The notes under the pieces were generated by a model. That model did not search any database. It was not told the origin of the DNA and saw only the letters and a program-made list of their open reading frames with translations. The position numbers were made by a program, and so were the translations under genes. Shown one piece after another: positions 18,864 to 29,233 of a stretch of 64,000 nucleotides of DNA (its first letter is position 1; the number at the start of each line of letters is the position of its first letter). The DNA is taken from the NCBI GenBank assembly GCA_034669905.1, contig JAXMOL010000004.1, forward strand, positions 64,001-128,000, read 5' to 3'. Origin of the DNA: Candidatus Hydrogenedentota bacterium. GTDB lineage: Bacteria; Hydrogenedentota; Hydrogenedentia; Hydrogenedentales; JAEUWI01.

Positions 18864-20423
18864 ATGTCGAACGACCCGGTTGAAGACATTCTCTTATCCA
18901 TGTCACTGCAAAAAGCCAGTGATGTGTGGGTCCGTGGTCTGGTTGAGAGCACGGTGGATGCCATTATCACGATCGACGAAGAGGCGACCATCCTGGAGGC
19001 GAACCTGGCCGCCCAACGAATGTTTGGCTACACCCGCAGTGAATTGCTTGGGGAGAATGTTCGTCTGCTGACGCCCCCCCATATTGCCCGCAACCACGAT
19101 ACGTACATCACCAACTATCTGGAAAGCGGTGTCCGCCGAATCATTGGAATCGGGCGCGAAGTGATGGCCCAACACAAGAATGGCACCGAGATCCCGGTAC
19201 ACCTTTCCATCAGCGAAGTGCGCATTGAAGGGCACCGGTACTTTTCCGGCATGCTGCGGGACATGACGGTTGAATTTGAGGCCCGTAAGGAGCAGGAGCG
19301 CTTGCTGGGCGAACTCAAAGAGCGCAACAAAAAGATCACCTGCCTCTACAGCGTGGGGGAGCTCATCCGGGAACAGGAAATCGCAACCGATTTGTTTCGC
19401 TCGGTCGCCCAGGTAGTGCGGCCGGCCTGCACCTTCCCCGAGATTACCCGGGCACGCATTCTCTTCGATGGGCAAGTCTATGAGGAAATGAGCGTCATAG
19501 AGACCCCCTGGGTTTGCAGTGCCCCCATCATCGTCGGTGGACGCAATCGAGGGTCATTGGAGTTGGTCTACCGGGAGGCCATTGAGCCCGTTGTACCCGG
19601 AAATCTTCTCCGGGAAGACGCGACCATGATTGAAGCCATCGCGCGGACGCTGGGTGAAGCGGTTGAGCGGCGGGAGGCTGAGGCCCAGGTTATACAGGCC
19701 TCCAAGCTGGCCTCGATTGGGGAATTAGCGGCCGGAGTGGGGCACGAGATCAATAATCCAATCAATGGGGTCATCAACTGCGTGGACATCCTCCTGGGGA
19801 ATCTCCCAGCGGATGCGCCGGATCGACAGTTTGCGGAGTTGATACGTTCAGAGGCCGAGCGGGTGGCGACCATTGTAAAAAACCTGTTGACCTTTTCCCG
19901 CCAGCAATACGAGCACTACTCCTATGCGAGTATGGCCGATATGGTCGATACGGTGCTCTCGCTGAGTGCCAAAAAAATGGAAAAGTCTTTCATCGACTTC
20001 GACGTCTTCGTACCCGAGGGTCTGCCCCGCATACGATGTCGGCCCGAGCAATTGGAACAGGTCCTGATGAATCTTATCATCAATGCCATCCATTCACTGG
20101 ATGAACGTTATCCGGCCGCCGCGCCAGAAAAGAAACTGTCTATCAGCGTTGAGTCGGCCACCGTACGCCAACGCAAGCACCTTGTGATGGTGGTGGAAGA
20201 CCAGGGCTGCGGGATGTCCGAATCAACCCTCCAACGAATTTTTGATCCTTTTTTCACCACCAAAGGCCGTGACAAGGGAACGGGCCTGGGGCTGTCGGTA
20301 TCCGATGGAATCGTGAAAGATCATGGTGGCTTTTTTGAAGTTACCAGTGAGCCGAATCGGTTTACCTGCTTCAAGGTCTATCTCCCTGTAGATGGCCCCG
20401 TCAAGTCAGGTACCCGCCGATAA
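18864..20423 (+). CDS. Histidine kinase with FixL-like heme-PAS domain
   Basis: PAS segment [26 protein letters not shown]-box [37 protein letters not shown]. No TM segment. GAGG RBS before ATG 18864. Confidence 0.9.
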   Translation: MSNDPVEDILLSMSLQKASDVWVRGLVESTVDAIITIDEEATILEANLAAQRMFGYTRSELLGENVRLLTPPHIARNHDTYITNYLESGVRRIIGIGREVMAQHKNGTEIPVHLSISEVRIEGHRYFSGMLRDMTVEFEARKEQERLLGELKERNKKITCLYSVGELIREQEIATDLFRSVAQVVRPACTFPEITRARILFDGQVYEEMSVIETPWVCSAPIIVGGRNRGSLELVYREAIEPVVPGNLLREDATMIEAIARTLGEAVERREAEAQVIQASKLASIGELAAGVGHEINNPINGVINCVDILLGNLPADAPDRQFAELIRSEAERVATIVKNLLTFSRQQYEHYSYASMADMVDTVLSLSAKKMEKSFIDFDVFVPEGLPRIRCRPEQLEQVLMNLIINAIHSLDERYPAAAPEKKLSISVESATVRQRKHLVMVVEDQGCGMSESTLQRIFDPFFTTKGRDKGTGLGLSVSDGIVKDHGGFFEVTSEPNRFTCFKVYLPVDGPVKSGTRR

Positions 20424-20438
20424 TTCAGGGAGCGTGTC

Positions 20439-22208
20439 ATGCGTACCATATTAATCGTAGAAGACGAAGCTGTTTTACGCCTTACATTTGCCCGTTTCCT
20501 GGAAGAAGCGGGTTATGCCGTGGAATCTGCCGAAAACTATGACGACGCGGTCGCTTTCGTCGAACGCAATCACTTTGATGTAGTCGTCACCGACATCGTC
20601 CTCGGTGGTGAGACCGGCATCGATATCTTGCGTCACATTCGGGAAAAGTCCCCCGAAACGATGGTCATCATGATCACGGGAGAGCCCAGCGTGGAAACGG
20701 CCACGGAGGCGGTGCGGCTTGGTGCCTTCGACTATCTCTCCAAGCCGGTAACCGGGGAAGCGCTGAAACGGGTCGTACGCATGGCGGTTGACCGGGCCGG
20801 TCTCCTGGCAGAACGGGACGATTACGCCGCACGAATGGACGCCTATCGGCGGGAACTGGAGGCCCTCTTTCACGCGGTTAAAGAGGGGATCATCACCGTG
20901 GATGCAAATGGGAAGGTACGCCAGATAAATGCGGCGGCCGCCCAGATGCTTGGTGAGGACGTGCGCGAAATGGCCGGCACGTCGGCGGAGACACTTTTCT
21001 CGGGGCCCCTTCGAAAAGCCTACGACGCATTGCAGCGCACCCTGGAAACCCGCAATGAAGTGGAGGAATTCCACGTAGAAGCCACCCTGCCCCGCAGTGG
21101 GGAAAAGAGCTTTACCATGTCGACCACACCGTTGGATACCGGGGGAAAGGCGGCGGGCGGGGCCGTGTTGGTACTACGGGATTTGACCCGTATCAGCCGG
21201 CTCGAAAAGCAACTCGCGTCCACCCATCAGTATCAGAATATGGTGGGCAAATCTTCCCGTATGGCGGAAGTCTTCAATTTGATAGAGAACGTGGCGGAAA
21301 CGGATTCCACCGTACTCATCTATGGCGAAAGTGGCACCGGTAAAGAATTGGTAGCGGCGGCGCTCCACTATACGAGTCACCGCTCCAATGGTCCCTTTAT
21401 CAAGGTAAACTGTGCCGCCCTCGCCGAAGATATTCTGGAGAGCGAGCTTTTCGGCCATGTGAAAGGCTCCTTCACCGGCGCAGTCCGGGACCGGGTGGGA
21501 CGCTTTGAAGCCGCTAATGGGGGTACCATTCTCCTCGACGAGATCGGTGATATTTCCCCCCGACTTCAGTTGCGGCTGCTTCGTGTGCTCCAGGAGCGCG
21601 AATTCGAACGGGTAGGGGATACGCGACCGATCCAGGTGGACGTCCGTATTGTCGCCTCGACCAATCAGAATCTGGTTCAGAAGATTGAGGAAAATACTTT
21701 TCGGGAAGATCTCTACTACCGGCTGAACGTCGTCCGGATTGAACTGCCCGCGCTACGAGAACGGCGTGCGGACATTCCCCTGTTGATCGATCACCTGTGT
21801 AAGAAGTTCAATACAATCTTCAAGAAAGACATTGTTGGCCTCTCCTCCCAGGCACTGGAAATGCTGATGCACTATCCCTGGTTCGGCAATGTTCGGGAAC
21901 TGGAGAATTGCCTGGAGCGTTCCTTCATCGTATGCCACGATACTGTCATCCTGCCTGAACATCTCCCGCCAGAAATTGCGAAGCGCCCCCAACGTGCCAT
22001 GGCCCATACGCCGAGTCCCCACGATGCAGAGGCCGCGGTGGGCTATGCCCGACAGGAAGACGGCGAACGCATGCGCGTACTGGAAGCCCTGGAACGAACC
22101 GATTGGAATGTGGCCAAGAGCGCCCGCATTCTCGGCGTAGCGCGAAATACCCTCTATCAGCGCATTCGAACCTTCAAGCTAACCCGTCCCAACGGCAAGG
22201 GCTTCTAA
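20439..22208 (+). CDS. Sigma54-dependent activator (REC-PAS-AAA+-Fis HTH)
   Basis: REC (VEDE, VTD, YLSKP), PAS, GESGTGKE, ESELFGHVKGSFTGA, LDEIGD, FREDLYYRL, GNVREL, C-terminal HTH ARILGVARNTLY. Confidence 0.95.
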   Translation: MRTILIVEDEAVLRLTFARFLEEAGYAVESAENYDDAVAFVERNHFDVVVTDIVLGGETGIDILRHIREKSPETMVIMITGEPSVETATEAVRLGAFDYLSKPVTGEALKRVVRMAVDRAGLLAERDDYAARMDAYRRELEALFHAVKEGIITVDANGKVRQINAAAAQMLGEDVREMAGTSAETLFSGPLRKAYDALQRTLETRNEVEEFHVEATLPRSGEKSFTMSTTPLDTGGKAAGGAVLVLRDLTRISRLEKQLASTHQYQNMVGKSSRMAEVFNLIENVAETDSTVLIYGESGTGKELVAAALHYTSHRSNGPFIKVNCAALAEDILESELFGHVKGSFTGAVRDRVGRFEAANGGTILLDEIGDISPRLQLRLLRVLQEREFERVGDTRPIQVDVRIVASTNQNLVQKIEENTFREDLYYRLNVVRIELPALRERRADIPLLIDHLCKKFNTIFKKDIVGLSSQALEMLMHYPWFGNVRELENCLERSFIVCHDTVILPEHLPPEIAKRPQRAMAHTPSPHDAEAAVGYARQEDGERMRVLEALERTDWNVAKSARILGVARNTLYQRIRTFKLTRPNGKGF

Positions 22209-22293
22209 GGTCTTTGCGCCTTCTTTGCAGCCTGTGTTAGGGTCTCCTCCGGTTTACGTTTCGCCCAAGGGCTTCACGACGGAGAGAGCACCT

Positions 22294-23259
22294 ATGAAGA
22301 CAAGCACCGGTATCTGGAAAACTACCCTCGCCCTCGTTGCGCTGGTGGCTGGCCTCGTTGCCTCAGCTGCGACCGCGGCCGAAAAGGCCCCAATACGTCA
22401 GGAGAGTGCCACCGGTATCCGCCACTCCCTCCTGATTACAGGGTCGACCGGTACCTACCTCTTCGATGAATCCAGCGCGCTGGTGTGGGAGACGCCGGGG
22501 TATTCCCGGGATGGATACGTGCTGGAAAACGGGAATATTCTCCTCTCGATCGACGACACAGCCCGGGAGTATGAAAAGGGGACACAAACGGTTGTCTGGT
22601 CCTATGCCCTGGATCCGGTGAATAAGGAATTGGGTACCGTTTATCGGCTCGACAATGGGCATACCCTTGTGGTGGAGCGGGGGAGCAAACCCCGAATTCT
22701 CGAAGTAACGACAGACGGCGCCATTGCCGTCGAAGTCCCGCTGCAGCCAGACACCGACAATGACCATATGCAGACTCGGATGGCCCGTAAGCTCCCCAAC
22801 GGTAATTACCTGGCACCGCACCTGCTGGCCTTCAAAGTGAAAGAATACACGCCAGAAGGCAAGGTCGTCCGGGAAATTCCAACAGACCTGCCCCTCTTTG
22901 GCAACCGGGACGACCACTCATGGCCTTTTACGGCCATTCTGCTGCCCAACGGCAATATCCACGCGAACCTGACCCACGGGAATCGGGTGGCCGAGTTCGG
23001 GCCGGATAATGAAGTCGTCTGGTATCTCGACAACAGCCACGTTGGTGGGCGACTCAGCGACCCCTGTGGAGGACAACGGATGCCCAACAACAACATGGTC
23101 ATCTGCAGCTACGCCCAGAAAGATCCGGCCATGCCAAAGGTCTTTGAAGTCACGCGTGATAAAGAAGTGGTCTGGGAGTTTTTCCACCCCACGGCACGTG
23201 CCCATGAGGTGCATATCATCACCACCGATGGCGAACGGGTGACTCCCCTGATGCGCTAG
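22294..23259 (+). CDS. Secreted beta-propeller protein (arylsulfotransferase-like repeats)
   Basis: Signal peptide MKTSTG...ASAATA. Repeated L-x-NG-N-x-L / EV...G.V.W units. Confidence 0.6.
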   Translation: MKTSTGIWKTTLALVALVAGLVASAATAAEKAPIRQESATGIRHSLLITGSTGTYLFDESSALVWETPGYSRDGYVLENGNILLSIDDTAREYEKGTQTVVWSYALDPVNKELGTVYRLDNGHTLVVERGSKPRILEVTTDGAIAVEVPLQPDTDNDHMQTRMARKLPNGNYLAPHLLAFKVKEYTPEGKVVREIPTDLPLFGNRDDHSWPFTAILLPNGNIHANLTHGNRVAEFGPDNEVVWYLDNSHVGGRLSDPCGGQRMPNNNMVICSYAQKDPAMPKVFEVTRDKEVVWEFFHPTARAHEVHIITTDGERVTPLMR

Positions 23260-26006
23260 TCGTTCAGCTCCAACACCACTTCCGTCGGCTCTCCAATAGA
23301 TTTCTGTAATTTGAAGCCTATCTTCTGGCATACGTGCAGCATGGAGCGGTTGTCGGCCAGGACGGTTCCCGTGATCCGTTGGAGCCCTTCGGCCCGCCCC
23401 ACATCCACGAGACGCTGGAGTAATTCGGAGCCCACGCCGTGCCCCTGCAACTCATCACTGACCACAATGGCGAATTCGCCATCGCCCCGACCATACTCTT
23501 TCATCAGGCGCCCCACGGCCACGATTTCAGAGACGTCGGTCGATTCGTTGTACCGCACGACGACGAGGGCGATTTGGCGATCATAGTCGATGAAGCAGAG
23601 GCGGGTGAGTCGCTCGTGGCTGACCCGCTGATCCAGGGATATCAATCCCAGGTAGCGGGAGTAGACCGTATCCGCGGACAAGGTCTTGTGAAAGTCCACC
23701 ATGAGGGGCTCATCTTCTGAGCGAATGGGGCGAATGTGGACCTTTTCTCCCTTTTTCGTTTCCCAATCCCCGCTGTATTCCAGGGGATAGGGACGTATGG
23801 CCAGCCGCGGCAGATCGGCTTCCTTCACATCGGGCTCATGGAGGAGTACCCGACCATCCAACGCAACCAATCCCATGGGCGATGCGAGGAGGGGGTTGAT
23901 GTCGATCTCTTTGATCCAAGGCTGCTCAACAACCAGCTTGCTGAAACGTACGAGCAGGAGCTCAAGGGCGTTCAGATCAACCGGGTCCCGTCCCCGAACC
24001 CCTTTCAGCGCGGTGTATATCCTGGTCTGTTCCATCATGCGCCGGGCAAGCGTCGTATTCAATGGCGGAAGTCCCAGGGCACTGTCTTTAAAGACTTCGA
24101 CCAATTCACCGCCGGCACCAAAGAGCAGTACGGGGCCGAATTGGGCATCGATGCTGCTCCCGATGATGATTTCGTAGCCTTCATGGCGCACCATGGGCTG
24201 CACGACCACGCCCTCGAAGTGCGCCGCGCCGGCCTTCTCGGTGACACCTTTCTGTATGCTCTCGAAGGCGCCAGAGACGGTCTTGGCCGATTTCAGATTC
24301 AACTGGACGCCACCCACATCAGTCTTATGGGTAATGGTGTTGGAATAGAGTTTCAGCACCACCGGATAACCCATCTCTTCGGCAATGGCTACCGCTTCTT
24401 CCGCACTGGTTGCGACTTCGGTCTTCACGACCGGAATGCCATACGCTTTCAGAATCTTCTTCGATTCGTGTTCGGGCAAGGTGGTATGACCGGCGTCACG
24501 GGCGTTCTTGATGAGTTCCGCAACCAAGGCCCGATCGGGGCCCTTTTCGTCCTCATCGGGCGGGAGCAGGGGCGTCTCGTAGAGCCCACGGAGGTTATAG
24601 TTGTAGCGCCACATCAGGTTAAAGACCCGGGCGGCGGCATCGGGATAATCAAACGTGGGGATGTCGTGCTCGTTCAATATGGCATCACCAGCTTCCACGT
24701 CGGCTCCACCCATCCAACTGGCCAGCACGGGTTTCTTTGTCGGCATCTGGACCTTTACCAGTTCCTCGGCCGTTTTGGTGGGATCGGTCATGGCCTGGGG
24801 CGTAAGTACCACCAACAGGCCATCACTATTGGGGTCCTGGGCGGCTATTTCCAGGGCCTGGGCGTAGCGTTTCGGATCGGCATCCCCCAGGATGTCGATG
24901 GGGTTTCCGTGGCTCCAGGCCCCCGGAAGGACGGCATCAAGTTTTGCGATCGTATCTTCCGACAACTGCGCCAGTTCGCCACCATCGCCGATAACGGCGT
25001 CGGTAGCCAATACACCGGGTCCCCCCGCGTTGGTGAGAATCGTCAGGCGTGGCCCACGGGGACGGGGCTGCTTCTCGAGCACTTCGGCCATGTGAAAGAG
25101 GTTATCAATGCTGTACACCCGAGAGACACCGCTCCGTCTGAAAGCGGCGGAGAGGACCCCGTCACTTCCCGCCAACGACCCGGTGTGGGAGGCAGCTGCC
25201 TGCGCTGCAGCTTCGGTCTGGCCAGCCTTTATGACAATAATGGGCTTGGTGAGGGCCACTTCCCGGGCCGCCGAGAGAAAGGAACGGGCATTGCCGATGG
25301 ACTCCATATAGATCACAATGCTCTTGGTATGCGGATCGTCTCCGAGGTAGTGGATGAGGTCGCCCCAATCCACATCCAGCATGGAACCAATCGAAACGAA
25401 AGCACTGAAGCCCACGTTCGTCTGGTGGCTCCAGTCGAGAATTGAGGTGCACAGGGCACCACTCTGACTGATAAAGCCGACGCTGCCGGGACGGGCAATG
25501 GTGCTGGCAAAGGTGGCGTTCATTCCGCTGATGGGGTTCATCACCCCGAGGCAGTTGGGCCCCACGATACGCATGTTGCCTTTTCGTGCCGCTTCGAGCA
25601 CCTCCGCCTCTAAGGCAATCCCCGCCTCTCCAACCTCCTTAAAGCCTGCCGAAATAATAATGGCACCCTTCACGCCGGAGGCGACACATTCCTGTACCAG
25701 TTGGGGGATAGATGCCGCAGGGGTCACCAGAATCGCGAGATCGATAGGCTCGGGAATCTCGGATACGGCGGGATAGGCCTTGATTCCCAACACATTGTTC
25801 CGGTTGGGGTTTACGGCATAGATCGTGGCGCCGAAGGGGTTGCTGATAAGGTTCCACAGTATCGTCCGGCCCACGCTACCCAGCTTTTCCGTCGCGCCGA
25901 TAAGCGCAACGGATCGCGGATTGAATATGGCGTCGATGGACCCGAAACGGTTGGAAGATCCAATTGGTACTCGATTTGAAGAAGATTCTTCCTGATGCTT
26001 CGGCAT
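23256..26006 (-). CDS. Bifunctional acetate-CoA ligase (ADP-forming) family / GNAT acetyltransferase (Pat/YfiQ type)
   Basis: [48 protein letters not shown]-grasp [29 protein letters not shown]. Confidence 0.92.
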   Translation of the reverse strand: MPKHQEESSSNRVPIGSSNRFGSIDAIFNPRSVALIGATEKLGSVGRTILWNLISNPFGATIYAVNPNRNNVLGIKAYPAVSEIPEPIDLAILVTPAASIPQLVQECVASGVKGAIIISAGFKEVGEAGIALEAEVLEAARKGNMRIVGPNCLGVMNPISGMNATFASTIARPGSVGFISQSGALCTSILDWSHQTNVGFSAFVSIGSMLDVDWGDLIHYLGDDPHTKSIVIYMESIGNARSFLSAAREVALTKPIIVIKAGQTEAAAQAAASHTGSLAGSDGVLSAAFRRSGVSRVYSIDNLFHMAEVLEKQPRPRGPRLTILTNAGGPGVLATDAVIGDGGELAQLSEDTIAKLDAVLPGAWSHGNPIDILGDADPKRYAQALEIAAQDPNSDGLLVVLTPQAMTDPTKTAEELVKVQMPTKKPVLASWMGGADVEAGDAILNEHDIPTFDYPDAAARVFNLMWRYNYNLRGLYETPLLPPDEDEKGPDRALVAELIKNARDAGHTTLPEHESKKILKAYGIPVVKTEVATSAEEAVAIAEEMGYPVVLKLYSNTITHKTDVGGVQLNLKSAKTVSGAFESIQKGVTEKAGAAHFEGVVVQPMVRHEGYEIIIGSSIDAQFGPVLLFGAGGELVEVFKDSALGLPPLNTTLARRMMEQTRIYTALKGVRGRDPVDLNALELLLVRFSKLVVEQPWIKEIDINPLLASPMGLVALDGRVLLHEPDVKEADLPRLAIRPYPLEYSGDWETKKGEKVHIRPIRSEDEPLMVDFHKTLSADTVYSRYLGLISLDQRVSHERLTRLCFIDYDRQIALVVVRYNESTDVSEIVAVGRLMKEYGRGDGEFAIVVSDELQGHGVGSELLQRLVDVGRAEGLQRITGTVLADNRSMLHVCQKIGFKLQKSIGEPTEVVLELND

Positions 26007-26106
26007 GATGGTGCTTACTCCCGACGCGCTGTCATGATTTGCTGAATTGGAACACATTGATGCGTTCGTTTTGATACTATCACAGGATGTATGTTGAAGT
26101 GGAATG

Positions 26107-26122
26107 AGCAAGTAGAGTGCCA
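26107..26122 (-). promoter_or_regulatory. Sigma54 -24/-12 promoter of the acetate-CoA ligase/GNAT gene
   Basis: Minus strand TGGCACTCTACTTGCT matches the TGGCAC-N5-TTGC consensus exactly. An AT-rich tract (26161-26200) lies upstream. Confidence 0.8.
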
Positions 26123-26125
26123 GTT

Positions 26126-26230
26126 TGTTGCGCGCTGCACACCCGTCCTGCCGCGCACGGAGTTATCGTATATAACAAGTTATAAACAAATATGTTACAA
26201 CTGCACCTCGCCCGCTGTTGCGCGCTACAC
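26126..26230. repeat. 15-bp direct repeat TGTTGCGCGCT(G/A)CAC, two copies 90 bp apart
   Basis: Copies at 26126-26140 and 26216-26230 with one mismatch. Confidence 0.7.
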
Positions 26231-26270
26231 GGCCCGGCCCGCTTCACAGATATGTTCAAGAAGAAATGCG

Positions 26271-26282
26271 ACACTAGTGTGC
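26271..26282. promoter_or_regulatory. Palindromic putative enhancer (UAS) ACACTAGTGTGC, copy 2
   Basis: Identical to 18697-18708, 150 nt upstream of the sigma54 GG doublet. Confidence 0.5.
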
Positions 26283-26310
26283 GCTTAACCCCGATGGAGT
26301 CACTGCCTGG

Positions 26311-26925
26311 ATGAAAGTTATTGTCGTTCGCCATGGAGAAACCGACTACAACCGTGCCCGCCGTATGCAAGGCTACGGCGAAGTGCCACTCAACGACCGG
26401 GGAATCCGGCAGGCGGCCCAACTGGCCACGCATCTGGCCACCCAGGGCGTTGAACAAATCATCTGCAGCGACCTCCGCCGCACGGTCATGACGGGCTGCA
26501 TCATTGCATCACAGCTCAACGTGCACATCGAATACGACGCGGGACTACGGGAACGGGATCCGGGTGACTTCGTAGGGGCATCCTATGATGACGCACCGGG
26601 ATTCTTCAACGATCCCGATTTCGTCCCGCCCAACGGCGAAGGCGTGCCGGCCTTTCGGCAGCGGGTGCGCGAGACTTTTGCCAATATTAATGCCCGCTAC
26701 AGCGAAAGCACGGAGACCCTGCTCGTGGTAACCCATGGTCTGGTCTGTCATGCCTTTGTGGAGGAATTCTTTGGTCCCGCATTCAGTGCGGGGGTGGGGG
26801 CCGGGAACGGTACCCTGAGTATTGCCCGCGTGGTGGCGGGGGAGTGGCAACTGGAGAAAGCGACCTGCGATGCCCACCTGAGCGATAGGAGTGAGACGGT
26901 ACCGGGTGGTGCACAAGGTGCCTGA
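26311..26925 (+). CDS. Histidine phosphatase (phosphoglycerate mutase family)
   Basis: RHGET, SDLRRT, LRE, VTHG. Confidence 0.9.
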   Translation: MKVIVVRHGETDYNRARRMQGYGEVPLNDRGIRQAAQLATHLATQGVEQIICSDLRRTVMTGCIIASQLNVHIEYDAGLRERDPGDFVGASYDDAPGFFNDPDFVPPNGEGVPAFRQRVRETFANINARYSESTETLLVVTHGLVCHAFVEEFFGPAFSAGVGAGNGTLSIARVVAGEWQLEKATCDAHLSDRSETVPGGAQGA

Positions 26926-27007
26926 AGCTGGATCCCCGTGGCGCAGACCGGGTATCGTAAGCGCCGTAGTAACATGAACCGGTTGGAACGTCGGGAGGGA
27001 CTTCGTT

Positions 27008-27289
27008 ATGAATCGGGAAGAATCTGAGAAAAAGTTAGCGGCGGCATTGGAACACGTCAGCCCGGCCCACTTGCGCAGCCGTGCGCTCGTTACCAAACGC
27101 CTTACGTTTCGCATGCATGAAGAAGAATTCGAGGAGATTCGACGTACAGCGGAATCGTTGGATTTGTCGATTTCTGACTACTTTTGCGCCCTTCACCACT
27201 ACGCGGCAGCTCGAATCGAGGGCATCGACCGGGGTGCCGATTGGGTCCACCGTAATCCACGTCACCGTGAAGATTCGACCGAAGACTAG
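27008..27289 (+). CDS. Small ribbon-helix-helix-like protein
   Basis: LTFRMHEEEFEEIRRTAESLDLSISDY fits the RHH strand-helix-helix pattern. GGAGG RBS present. Confidence 0.55.
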   Translation: MNREESEKKLAAALEHVSPAHLRSRALVTKRLTFRMHEEEFEEIRRTAESLDLSISDYFCALHHYAAARIEGIDRGADWVHRNPRHREDSTED

Positions 27290-27335
27290 TCCGCGACAAC
27301 GCTGAACACATCGATACGAAGGTAGGAGAAACCCC

Positions 27336-29216
27336 ATGGCCGAGCCCGCGGCTCCGGAAGAACAAGCGGAATCTACGATACTCTCATTGGGGCTGGGCCT
27401 CATACTCGCCATCGTGCTGGGAGCAGCGAACGTCTATCTGGGACTTTACGCCGGGATGACGGTCAGTGCCTCGATTCCTGCGGCCGTGGTCAGTATGGCG
27501 GTATTGCGGGGTTTCTTTCGGCGGGGCACGGTGCTGGAGAACAACATTGCCCAGACGGTCGCTTCCACGGGAGAGAGCCTGGCCGCTGGCGCCATTTTTA
27601 CCCTGCCCGCGTTGATCATTGCGGAGGTTTGGGAGCAGTTCGACTTCTGGATTAGTACCGGTATTGTCCTCATGGGAGGCTTGCTGGGCATCGTGTTCAT
27701 GGTCCCCCTGCGAAAAGCCCTCATCGTCGATCGACCGGATTTGCGCTACCCGGAAGGCGTTGCCTGTGCCCAGGTGCTTCGCGTCGGACAGGGCGGGGCG
27801 ACGTCCGGCATCCGTGCGATCGCCATTGGGCTGGGACTCGGCGCCCTGTTCAAGTTTTTCGTATCGGGCCTGAAGCTCCTCTCGGGCACGGTGGAATATG
27901 CCTGGTTTCAGGGGCAGCGGGCCTTCTACATGGGTTCCGACATGAGTCCCGCGCTCCTCGCCGTCGGATATATCGTCGGCCTGGGGATTGCCTGCCAAAT
28001 TTTTCTGGGCGGCGTGATCGGGTGGCTCATTACCATCCCCTTTGCGGGACCCTACTATCAACTCGAGACCACCGATGCCCTGGAACACGCCTGGACCATG
28101 TGGAGTACAGAAGTCCGCTACCTGGGGGTGGGCGCCATGCTGGTGGGAGGCCTCGCTTCCATCTGGAATGTTCGTGCCGGATTGGTGGCGGGGATACGCA
28201 GTCTCCAGGGGGCCAGCGCCGAAAGCTCGGGAGAAGACGGGCGCACGGAACGAAATATTTCCCTTCAGGCCCTGCTATTTCTGTTGGCATTTACCCTGTT
28301 GGGTACGCTTGTGCTCTACTACTTCCTCATTCACCATCTTGGATTGGCCATCGTGGCACTCCTCGTCATGATACCGGCAGCCTTTCTCTTTGCGGCGGTG
28401 GCCACCTATATCGTGGGACTCGTCGGGTCGTCTAACTCTCCCGTTTCGGGCATGACGATCTGCGCGGTGTTGATGGCGGCCATCGTCATCAGTTTGACCG
28501 GGGGAACGGGGACTGGCGCCATATTGGCCACCTTGGGGGTAGCGGGGGTGGTTTGTTGCGTAGCCTGCACCGCAGGGGACGTCGCACAGGATCTGAAGAC
28601 GGGGCAGATCGTGGGCGCCACGCCGGCCCGTCAGCAGTGGGCAGAAATCCTGGGGGTCGTTATCCCGGCACTCACCATGGCTCCCGTGCTCACGTTGTTA
28701 CACAACACCTATACGATTGGCAGTAAGGAACTGTTGGCTCCCCAGGCGACGCTCTTTGCCAGCCTCGTTTCTGGCTTTTTCGGCGAAGGAACGCTGCCCT
28801 ATCCCATGATTATAGCCGGGATGGGCGTTGGCGCGGGCATTCTATTGCTGGATGCATTCTTGCATAGCACCCGACCGGGCCTTCGCCTCCATGTCATGCC
28901 CATTGCCGTCGGGATCTACCTGCCCCTGGCCCTGTCCGTCCCAATCGTGCTGGGCGGATTGCTCCACGCCGGGCTCAAGCGTCTTTCGAAAGAGGACGAA
29001 GACAATCACCAGGGACTTCTCTTCGGCTCGGGTCTTATCGCCGGTGAAGCCCTCATGGGAATTGGTTTGGCGGTGCCCGCCACCCTGGGCATCACGCTCG
29101 CCCTTGATATGGAAAGCGTGTCACCCCTTCTCCGCGACGCGGTCTCGCTGGTGCTCTTTTTCGGGATAATCGTCGCCTATGCTTTCGTAGCACGACGCCG
29201 AAAGAACGGTTCCTGA
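27336..29216 (+). CDS. OPT-family oligopeptide transporter
   Basis: NVYLGLYAG.TVSASIPAAV, ENNIAQT, YPEGVAC, SSNSPVSG, QDLKTG, APQA, SGLIAGE. Confidence 0.92.
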   Translation: MAEPAAPEEQAESTILSLGLGLILAIVLGAANVYLGLYAGMTVSASIPAAVVSMAVLRGFFRRGTVLENNIAQTVASTGESLAAGAIFTLPALIIAEVWEQFDFWISTGIVLMGGLLGIVFMVPLRKALIVDRPDLRYPEGVACAQVLRVGQGGATSGIRAIAIGLGLGALFKFFVSGLKLLSGTVEYAWFQGQRAFYMGSDMSPALLAVGYIVGLGIACQIFLGGVIGWLITIPFAGPYYQLETTDALEHAWTMWSTEVRYLGVGAMLVGGLASIWNVRAGLVAGIRSLQGASAESSGEDGRTERNISLQALLFLLAFTLLGTLVLYYFLIHHLGLAIVALLVMIPAAFLFAAVATYIVGLVGSSNSPVSGMTICAVLMAAIVISLTGGTGTGAILATLGVAGVVCCVACTAGDVAQDLKTGQIVGATPARQQWAEILGVVIPALTMAPVLTLLHNTYTIGSKELLAPQATLFASLVSGFFGEGTLPYPMIIAGMGVGAGILLLDAFLHSTRPGLRLHVMPIAVGIYLPLALSVPIVLGGLLHAGLKRLSKEDEDNHQGLLFGSGLIAGEALMGIGLAVPATLGITLALDMESVSPLLRDAVSLVLFFGIIVAYAFVARRRKNGS

Positions 29217-29233
29217 AAAACTCGATGGGCCTA

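Noticed and set aside
23736..25445. Long antisense ORFs (569 aa here; also 32773-33882, 34000-35262, 52274-53794, 58094-59233)
   Set aside because: They mirror well-conserved genes on the opposite strand, a common artefact of GC-rich codon usage; no motifs.
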